DNA of 64,000 nt, from assembly GCA_015493745.1 (NCBI GenBank), contig WGCN01000099.1, positions 1,541 to 65,540 on the forward strand. Direction: 5' to 3'. Below the pieces are notes generated by a model, which saw only the letters and a program-made list of their open reading frames with translations, was not told the DNA's origin and did not search any database. Made by a program: the position numbers and the translations under genes. Origin of the DNA: Calditrichales bacterium (GTDB lineage Bacteria; Calditrichota; Calditrichia; Calditrichales; J004). Shown here piece by piece: positions 28,380 through 35,620 of this stretch. Position 1 is the first letter of the stretch. Each line of letters starts with the position of its first letter.

Positions 28380-29745
28380 GGACATATCCAGACGCCGGTT
28401 TCTGGAAAAGGCCGGCGTGCTGGCCGGTGGTCTGGGGTTGGCCGGACTGAGCATGCTGGTACCGGGCTGCGGGCCGGGCCGGGAAAAGCCGCCGAATATT
28501 TTATTGCTGGTGGCCGATGACGCCGGCTGGCATGATGTGGGCTATCATGGTTCCGAAATTAAAACACCGCATATCGACGCGCTGGCCAAAACGGGTCTGG
28601 AACTGGATCAGTTTTATGTATATCCCACCTGTTCGCCAAGCCGGGCTTCCCTGTTGACCGGACGTTACGCCAGCCGTTTCGGTATTGCCGGGCCCATAGA
28701 CATGCGCAGCAGGCAAACCCTGCCCAAGGATGTGATCACCCTGCCGGAAATGCTGCGTCGCCGGGGCTATAACACGGCCATCACCGGCAAATGGCATCTG
28801 GGCTTGCGCCCGGAAAGCGGGCCGCGCCAATTCGGTTTTGATTACAGCTACGGTTTTTTACACGGTCAGATCGATCAATACACGCACAGGTATAAAAACG
28901 GCGATTTAAGCTGGCACCGCAACGGCGCTTTTATCGAGGAGGAGGGCCATGCCACGGATTTGATTACCCGCGAGGCGGTGGCGTTTATCAAGGAAAAGCG
29001 CGACAAAAGCCGTCCCTTTTTTCTATATGTGCCCTTCAGCGTGCCGCATTATCCCCTGCAGGAGGAAGAGAAATGGCTGAAACCGTACACCCACATCAAA
29101 AACAAATCGCGCCGCCTTTTTGCCGCATCCATGAGTCACATGGATGACAGCGTGGGCCGGCTGATCCGTACCCTGGAAGAGGAAAAGCTGAGGGAAAATA
29201 CCCTGGTTATTTTTCTTAGCGATAACGGGGCTCAGGAAAAGTGGGCCGCCACCTTTGAATATGAGGGACGGCACGGTCCCTACGACCGTCTGGGAGATAA
29301 CCGGCCCCTGCGCGACTGGAAAAAAAGCCTGTACGAAGGGGGGATACGCGTACCGGCCCTGGTCAACTGGCCGGGTAAAATAAAGGCCGGTAAGGTGAAA
29401 GGCATGCTTACGGTAAATGATATCTTCCCCACTATTGCCGCCCTGGTCAATGCCCCGCTTAAAACCGAATGGCAACTGGACGGAGAAAATATCTGGCCTG
29501 TGCTGGCCGGCAAGATGGATCCGGGGCCGCGTACCCTTTATCTGCGCACGGACCGGCAGGCTGTTTTGCGCAAGGGGGACTGGAAGCTGATCCACACCGG
29601 GAAGACCCTGGAAGAGGGCACGGATGAACTGTATAACCTGGCCGACGATCCTGAAGAAAAGATAAACCTGGCCGCGGAAAAGGCGGACATGGTAGACAGC
29701 TTAAGGAGGGATCTGGCCGCGGAAATGGCCCGGGACAGCCAATGA
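28363..29745 (+). CDS. Cys-type arylsulfatase-family sulfatase, Tat-signal lipoprotein-like
   Basis: The SRRRFLEKAG twin-arginine signal is followed by LVPGC. The active-site motif is CSPSRASLLTGR (Cys90), with LLLVADDAGWHD and GKWHLG also present. Confidence 0.9.
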   Translation: MEKSIRDISRRRFLEKAGVLAGGLGLAGLSMLVPGCGPGREKPPNILLLVADDAGWHDVGYHGSEIKTPHIDALAKTGLELDQFYVYPTCSPSRASLLTGRYASRFGIAGPIDMRSRQTLPKDVITLPEMLRRRGYNTAITGKWHLGLRPESGPRQFGFDYSYGFLHGQIDQYTHRYKNGDLSWHRNGAFIEEEGHATDLITREAVAFIKEKRDKSRPFFLYVPFSVPHYPLQEEEKWLKPYTHIKNKSRRLFAASMSHMDDSVGRLIRTLEEEKLRENTLVIFLSDNGAQEKWAATFEYEGRHGPYDRLGDNRPLRDWKKSLYEGGIRVPALVNWPGKIKAGKVKGMLTVNDIFPTIAALVNAPLKTEWQLDGENIWPVLAGKMDPGPRTLYLRTDRQAVLRKGDWKLIHTGKTLEEGTDELYNLADDPEEKINLAAEKADMVDSLRRDLAAEMARDSQ

Positions 29746-29788
29746 CATGCAAAATTGGAGTAGTTTGAAAGAAACGGAGACAAGGATA

Positions 29789-31054
29789 ATGCGATCATTA
29801 ATCATGAAAGGGGCCGTCCTTTTTTTATGGGCCGGCATTTTGTTCAACGCGGGCGCGCAGCAAAAGCTGTATGATACCGCGCATATGCCCATCGTCGATA
29901 TGCATACCCATCTTAACGGACCCGATGAGTACAGGCAATGCGTGCGGACGATGGATGAATGGGGGGGAACCCTCAGCATCACCCTGAACAGAAACGACAC
30001 GGCGCTGGTCGCCTACGCGCGCGATTCGCTGCAGGGCCGCATCCTGATGGCCGGACGCGGCTTACGTTTTTCGCCGCGGGAAGTCGAACGTATGAAAGAG
30101 GTGGGGCTGGTCGGGCTAAAATCACACCTGCGCTACCATACCCTTGCTTCCCAACTACGGGAAGACCAGATTAAAAAAATGGGTGAACTCGGTTTTCCCT
30201 TTATCGCCCTGCATGTGGCCGATCCGCCGGAAGACCACTACTACAATGAAAACTTCATGAAGGCGCAACAGGACGCGGAACGGGTAATTCACAACAATCC
30301 GCAAACGAATTTTATCATGGCCCACGGTTTTTATCTTACCAACCGGGACGCGGATATAGATACCCTGCGCAAGTTTTTTGACCGCAATCCCAATTTGTAT
30401 GTGGATATCGTATGCAGCAAATGGTGGGATGCGCCCCGGCCCTCATATAACAAACTGCGCCGTCTGCTGATAGACTATAAAGACCGTTTTCTCTTTGGAA
30501 CGGATTTTAAGGTAACACGCCACGCGCCTGCTTTCCGCTTTTTACGCGAGAAACTGGAAACGGCCAAACCGCTGACCTTTGGCATGAACGGCGGCCCCGG
30601 CCCGGGACTGGCCCTGCCCCTGGATGTGTTGAATCATATCTATTACTGGAATGCGGCCAGAATCATTCCCGGGGTCAGGCAGGCTCTGGAAAAACTGGGT
30701 TACGAGATCAGCGACCGGCCTCCCGCGGCTCAGCCGGTAAAACCGGATCTGACCTACGACCCGGCGCCGGTGAGGGTACTGATCCATGAGGAAGCCGCTT
30801 CTCCGGATGCGGACGGATTTAAGGTGCAGATTGACCTGAGCGCCTATGATCGTTCCCTGCCGGGGCGGCTGGAAATTATGGACTATAAAAAGAAAAAAGT
30901 CAAAACCCTGTACAAGGGGATGCTCGGCGGTAAACGTTCCCTGGAATGGGATTTTACAAATGATGCCGGCGAAAAGATCAAGCCCGGGTTTTACCGCCTG
31001 TGGCTGATACTGGAAGAGAATAAATCGGTGGAAAGTAATTTTACGGTGGAATAA
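29789..31054 (+). CDS. secreted amidohydrolase-fold (metal-dependent hydrolase) protein with a T9SS/FlgD-Ig-like C-terminal domain
   Basis: IVDMHTHLNG metal motif. The C-terminal ~80 aa (RLEIMDYKKKKVKTLY..PGFYRLWLILEENKSVESNFTVE) resembles a T9SS sorting domain. I chose the start at 29789 because it gives a clean signal peptide (MRSLIMKGAVLFLWAGILFNAGAQQ); the longest ORF starts at 29747. Confidence 0.55.
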   Translation: MRSLIMKGAVLFLWAGILFNAGAQQKLYDTAHMPIVDMHTHLNGPDEYRQCVRTMDEWGGTLSITLNRNDTALVAYARDSLQGRILMAGRGLRFSPREVERMKEVGLVGLKSHLRYHTLASQLREDQIKKMGELGFPFIALHVADPPEDHYYNENFMKAQQDAERVIHNNPQTNFIMAHGFYLTNRDADIDTLRKFFDRNPNLYVDIVCSKWWDAPRPSYNKLRRLLIDYKDRFLFGTDFKVTRHAPAFRFLREKLETAKPLTFGMNGGPGPGLALPLDVLNHIYYWNAARIIPGVRQALEKLGYEISDRPPAAQPVKPDLTYDPAPVRVLIHEEAASPDADGFKVQIDLSAYDRSLPGRLEIMDYKKKKVKTLYKGMLGGKRSLEWDFTNDAGEKIKPGFYRLWLILEENKSVESNFTVE

Positions 31055-31093
31055 AAAGGCACCGGTTAATACAACGAATAAGGAGAGTGTTTG

Positions 31094-32332
31094 ATGTTCA
31101 GGTTTGCCGCTAAGCTGGCCTTGGTAATGCTAATGGGTTTTCAGACGTTAAACGCGCAATCGGTCTGGAATGAAAAAACGGCAGTTAAAGAGGCGCTTCG
31201 GTTTTTGCAGAAGGTGGAAGACGAGACCATCCGCGAACAGATAAAAATCACGGAGATTCCCGCACCGCCTTTTAAGGAAGGGCAACGGGCGGAGTATTTG
31301 ATGAAGCGTTTTCGCGATCTGGGCTTGCATGACGTGCGCCGCGATAGCGAAGGCAATGTGATAGCCGCCTACCCCGGTGGCGGAGACGGACCGCTTTTGG
31401 TACTCTCCGCCCATCTGGATTCGGTTTTTCCGGAAGGGACCGATGTGAAGGTGCGCCGCGAGGGAAATATTCTGAAGGGCCCGGGCATTAGTGATGACAG
31501 CCGGGGGCTGGCGGTGATGCTGGCCGTGGCCCGCGCTCTCACCCTTCATAAGATAACCATCGGCGGCCGGTTGCTTTTTGTGGGTACCGTGGGCGAGGAA
31601 GGGCCGGGCAATCTGCGCGGTGTGCGTCACCTTTTCGAAAAGGAGTTGGAAGAGGTGGATTACTTTATCTCCATAGACGACGTGGGCTTAAAAACCATTT
31701 CCACCGCCGTGGGCAGTAACCGCTACAAAGTAATTTTCCGCGGCAGCGGCGGGCACAGTTATGCCGATTTCGGCATCCGTAACCCCATGCACGCTCTGGG
31801 GCGGGCCATGGCCGGTATTGCCGATTTTCAGGTATCCTCCCGGCCCAAAACTACTTTCAGCATCGGCCGTGTTTCCGGCGGTACATCGGTGAATTCCATC
31901 GCGCATACCGTCTGGATGGAAGTGGATATGCGTTCCCAGGACGCGGAAGAACTGGACAAGCTGGACCGGATGTTTAAAAAAACGGTATACAAGGCCCTTG
32001 TCCGGGAAAACCGCCGCTGGAGCTCCGGCGATACCCTGACCGTTGAATTTGTAACCATCGGGAAGCGGCCCACCGGCACCCTGCCGGAAAAGGCGACCAT
32101 TTTGCAGGCGGTGAGCCGGGCGGATCAGGCCCTGGGCATTGAGTCGCAATATCAGCCCGGCAGCACCGACGCCAACGTACCCATCAGCATGGGGATTGAA
32201 GCGGTGACCCTGGGCGGCGGCGGAGACGGGCAATATAAACACTCCCTGCAGGAAACGTTTGATACAACGGATAGTTATATCGGTACCCAAAGAATCTTTT
32301 TAGCTGTTTTGGAACTCCTGGGTGTGCGGTAA
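31094..32332 (+). CDS. secreted M20-family peptidase (peptidase T-like)
   Basis: Signal peptide present. Metal blocks are VLSAHLDSV, GPGISDDSRG and GTVGEEG. The ATG at 31094 lies 7 nt after AAGGAGAG; the track ORF starts at a TTG at 31091. Confidence 0.7.
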   Translation: MFRFAAKLALVMLMGFQTLNAQSVWNEKTAVKEALRFLQKVEDETIREQIKITEIPAPPFKEGQRAEYLMKRFRDLGLHDVRRDSEGNVIAAYPGGGDGPLLVLSAHLDSVFPEGTDVKVRREGNILKGPGISDDSRGLAVMLAVARALTLHKITIGGRLLFVGTVGEEGPGNLRGVRHLFEKELEEVDYFISIDDVGLKTISTAVGSNRYKVIFRGSGGHSYADFGIRNPMHALGRAMAGIADFQVSSRPKTTFSIGRVSGGTSVNSIAHTVWMEVDMRSQDAEELDKLDRMFKKTVYKALVRENRRWSSGDTLTVEFVTIGKRPTGTLPEKATILQAVSRADQALGIESQYQPGSTDANVPISMGIEAVTLGGGGDGQYKHSLQETFDTTDSYIGTQRIFLAVLELLGVR

Positions 32333-32373
32333 GGATCGGGTACAGAGATAAAATAAATCTTCATTCCGGCGGA

Positions 32374-32412
32374 GAAAGCATTGTAAAAAGCCGGGAAGCA
32401 TTGTATTATAAT
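32374..32412 (+). promoter_or_regulatory. two 10-bp direct repeats (AAGCATTGTA, 20-bp period) abutting a TATAAT box; candidate LytTR autoregulatory promoter
   Basis: Repeats at 32376-32385 and 32396-32405, identical over 10 nt (11 of 12 when extended), followed by TATAAT at 32407-32412, 28 nt upstream of the LytTR regulator start. Confidence 0.4.
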
Positions 32413-32439
32413 AGGGAAGGCATGGAAGGGTAAAAGCGT

Positions 32440-33171
32440 ATGACGCCACTTAGAACAATAATTATTGATGATGTCAAGCTCATCCGTGAGGAGCTTAAGG
32501 CCCTGTTGCAAAGCTATCCGGAAATCGAGGTGATTGGTGAGGCCGGTACCGTGGATCAGGCCATAGAGCTGGTGACCACCTATAAACCCGATGTGGTTTT
32601 TTTGGATATACAACTCAAGGATGAAACGGGATTTACCCTGTTGGAAAAAATAAAGATGGATTTGAAAATCATCTTTATTACCGCCTATGATCAATACGCC
32701 ATCCGTGCTTTCGAGGTCAATGCCCTGGACTATCTGCTTAAACCGGTCGACAAGGGTCGGCTGGATAAGGCCATATCGCGTCTGGTTTCCGAGGAAAGTG
32801 ACGTTAATGTGGTTAAAAACGATAAGCTTGACTATAACGATGTCATTTATCTGTTAATTAACGGCTCTTTCAAATTTGTAAAGATAAAAGCCATACGCTG
32901 TCTGATAGCCGCCGGAAAATATTCCTATATTTATTATGGCGAAAGAAAAAGCAAAGATCTGGTTTCCAAGACCCTGCTGGAGTGGGAGAAGATACTGCCG
33001 GATCAGTATCTGGTGCGGATTCACAGATCGACCATCGTTAACTTTGAACATGTGGAGCGGGTGAAAAAGCAGAAAAATAATTGTCATGAAGTCTATGTAC
33101 GGGGTATTGAGCAGCCCTTTATCATCAGCCGGCGCTATGCTTCCCGGCTGAAAAAATTTCTGGTCCGCTGA
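32440..33171 (+). CDS. LytR/AlgR-family response regulator (receiver + LytTR DNA-binding domain)
   Basis: Receiver motifs IIIDDV and DVVFLDIQL. The C-terminal part (IRCLIAAGKYSYIYYG..LVRIHRSTIVNFEHV) is a LytTR domain. Confidence 0.85.
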   Translation: MTPLRTIIIDDVKLIREELKALLQSYPEIEVIGEAGTVDQAIELVTTYKPDVVFLDIQLKDETGFTLLEKIKMDLKIIFITAYDQYAIRAFEVNALDYLLKPVDKGRLDKAISRLVSEESDVNVVKNDKLDYNDVIYLLINGSFKFVKIKAIRCLIAAGKYSYIYYGERKSKDLVSKTLLEWEKILPDQYLVRIHRSTIVNFEHVERVKKQKNNCHEVYVRGIEQPFIISRRYASRLKKFLVR

Positions 33172-33506
33172 CAGGCGAAGGCAGTGAAGGCGGTTTTCCT
33201 GTTACCCGGTTTGAATTTTCCCGGCCGTTCCCCTATCTTAAACACAAGCTTTGACCGGTGGTGATGCTTTGGCGGCTCAGCACGGAAAAGCCTTTTTCAC
33301 CTTATCCAAATCCATCAATTCATAATGCACACAACCATTTCGCGGTGCCGCTGCCAACAGCTTCGGTGCTATTAACCGTTCGATACCATATAGTGCCGTT
33401 AAGTGCTAAGCTTTTGGTTTGATGGCAAAAAAGGATTTTATTTCGATAACTACTTTCATGACTCTCGTCTGTATTTTTTCATTTCTACTGTTTTTCGGGA
33501 TTATTG

Positions 33507-33875
33507 ATGAAGCAATTAAAAGCGCTGGTAATAGATGATGTTAAGTTGATTCGTGCTGAGTTGAAAATGATACTTGCAGACTTTAAGAACATTGAAGTTA
33601 TTGGAGAAGCCGGTGATGTCAATGAAGCCCTGAAGCTGATCAGTGAAAAAAAACCGGATATTGTTTTCCTGGATATTCATTTACCGGGTTCTTCGGGGTT
33701 TGATTTGCTGGACAGGGTAGAGGAAAGGCTCCATGTGGTTTTCATATCATCGTACTTTTACAAGTACTCGGCGAAAATCAAGGAATACAATCCCGTGGGA
33801 TTGTTGAGTAAACCCATAAGAAAAGAGATGCTTTCCAAGACACTGGAAAGTTTGATGAAACGAACGTTGGAATAA
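33507..33875 (+). CDS. stand-alone receiver (CheY-like) response regulator, paralogue of the upstream LytTR regulator's receiver domain
   Basis: ~122 aa with VIDDVKLIRAELK..IEVIGEAGDV..PDIVFLDIHLPGSSGF, strongly similar to residues 8-70 of the 32440 gene. It ends cleanly after receiver helix 5. ATG at 33507; the track ORF starts at a TTG at 33504. Confidence 0.8.
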   Translation: MKQLKALVIDDVKLIRAELKMILADFKNIEVIGEAGDVNEALKLISEKKPDIVFLDIHLPGSSGFDLLDRVEERLHVVFISSYFYKYSAKIKEYNPVGLLSKPIRKEMLSKTLESLMKRTLE

Positions 33876-34041
33876 ACAAACAGACCGGGTAGCCTAAGTT
33901 GAAAAGAGTATGGCTCCACTTAAATACTGGCGGGTAAAAAATCCCTCCTTTTATTTGTGGTTATGGAACGTTGGTGGAGAAGGACGGCAACTTAGGTGAG
34001 TCCCGGATTATACGATGTCAACAAAAAGGTAAAGCAAAAAG

Positions 34042-35523
34042 ATGTATTCATTCTCTGATCAGCCCCTCCGGAGAATCTTGGTCCGGAAAATGAGATTGTC
34101 GGCATTTTTTATGATCGCCATCCTTTTCTTTTCCTGCTCGGAAAAAGAGAACAGCGGCGTGCTGGCTGAAGTTGACGGTAAGGCCATCACCGTGGAAGAG
34201 TTTTTGAACCGGGCCGAGCTCACCCCCCGGCCTCATTATTGCCGTAAGGGATCGGAAAAAGACAAGAACATCGTCCTGAATACGCTGATAGTTGAAAAGC
34301 TGTTAGCCCTTGATGGCCGGGAAGAGAGCGTCCTGGCCGGACAAAAGTTGTTCCGGGCCTTCATTAAGGGCCGCAAGGAGCAATATATGCGGGAAGAGCT
34401 GTTTAACCGGCTGGCCGCCCGTGAAACGGATATAGACTCTCTGGAGCTGAAGGAAGCCTTCCACCGCGCGGGTTATATCTATGAGGTGAAATTCATTATT
34501 CAAAACAGCGCGCAGGCCGGCGCCCTGCTGGAAAAACTGCAAAAAAATCCCCTGCAAAAGCGAAGGATTCTGGCTGAAACCTATCATGATTTTAAGCCCG
34601 CCAACCATACGGTTTATTTTGAGGATCCCGAATATCCCGCCCTGCATCATGCCATATTTGATTCGGTCTGGCAGAAGGGCGATATCATCGGCCCGGTCAG
34701 AATGCGTGAAACCAAATACATGACTCTGGAGATCACCCGGGTTCTTTATGAACCGGCCATGTCGCAAAACGAAAAAGTTATCCGGAAAAAACGTGTCCGG
34801 GAAAGAATTCTGGAACGTAAAACCAATCAAAGATGGAATGCCTACACTGCCAAACTCATGAAAGGGGTATCGGTCTCCTTTAATCCCAAAATAACGATGG
34901 AGGTGGCCGCTCTTTGGTCGAAGAATTTCAAAACCTCAACCCTTGAAAAGGAAAACGATCAGAAAGAAAGAAACTACGGTCGTTTTGTGCGTGAGATTGA
35001 GAAAATAAAAGATCAGCCCATGTTTACCGTATCCGGCAAGGTATGGCACGTCGGGGATTTTACGGAAGCCTTGTCGTCCCATCCGCTTGTTTTTCGCAAG
35101 GCGGATATGGCGCCTTCGGAATTCATAGGGCAATTTAAACTGGCCGTTATCGATCTGATCCAGGACAGTTACATAACACGTGACGCTTATGCCCGGGGCA
35201 TTGACCGCCTAAGCAGCGTACAGAGAAATACCGCCATGTGGGAAGATGCTTATCTGGCGTTGGAAAACAGAAGCCGGGTACTTTCCATGCTTTCTCCGGG
35301 GAGCGGCAATGCCGATTTTCACAAGACGATGGATGTTTACATAGAGCGGCTCATCGATAAGTACAAAGACCGCATAAAAATCAACCGTGAATTGCTGGCA
35401 GGCATAAAGCTGACCGGAACGGATTTTATTTCCAGTCAGCAGTTTGTGCCCTATTCCCAAATCGTGCCCCATTTTCCGGTATTGACGAAAGAAGAAAAAT
35501 TGCTGTACGGGCGAAAGATGTAA
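34042..35523 (+). CDS. SurA-N-like putative periplasmic chaperone lipoprotein (no PPIase motif recognised)
   Basis: An internal Met at 34090 gives a lipoprotein signal (MRLSAFFMIAILFFS|C). AEVDGKAITVEEFLNRAE resembles the SurA/PpiD N-terminal chaperone domain. It is the first gene of the outer-membrane operon. Confidence 0.4.
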   Translation: MYSFSDQPLRRILVRKMRLSAFFMIAILFFSCSEKENSGVLAEVDGKAITVEEFLNRAELTPRPHYCRKGSEKDKNIVLNTLIVEKLLALDGREESVLAGQKLFRAFIKGRKEQYMREELFNRLAARETDIDSLELKEAFHRAGYIYEVKFIIQNSAQAGALLEKLQKNPLQKRRILAETYHDFKPANHTVYFEDPEYPALHHAIFDSVWQKGDIIGPVRMRETKYMTLEITRVLYEPAMSQNEKVIRKKRVRERILERKTNQRWNAYTAKLMKGVSVSFNPKITMEVAALWSKNFKTSTLEKENDQKERNYGRFVREIEKIKDQPMFTVSGKVWHVGDFTEALSSHPLVFRKADMAPSEFIGQFKLAVIDLIQDSYITRDAYARGIDRLSSVQRNTAMWEDAYLALENRSRVLSMLSPGSGNADFHKTMDVYIERLIDKYKDRIKINRELLAGIKLTGTDFISSQQFVPYSQIVPHFPVLTKEEKLLYGRKM

Positions 35524-35620
35524 ATGGGAATGGAAAACCTCTATCAGAAGGAATGTTGCAGATGCACAGGAACCATATAAAACGAACCTTGGAAAATAAA
35601 AAATATAAAACGGAGTTATC

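Noticed and set aside
33422-33538. A 38-codon ORF (MAKKDFISITTFMTLVCIFSFLLFFGIIDEAIKSAGNR) just upstream of, and overlapping, the receiver gene. It looked like a small membrane or signalling peptide of the kind LytTR systems often control.
   Set aside because: It has no ribosome-binding site. Its hydrophobicity is explained by the T-rich promoter-like DNA it spans, it overlaps the regulator's start in another frame, and I have no way to test its conservation.
33876-34041. A cobalamin or other known riboswitch upstream of the TonB-dependent receptor operon.
   Set aside because: I found no B12-box-like sequence or other signature of a known class. The helices are reported only as an unclassified candidate structure.
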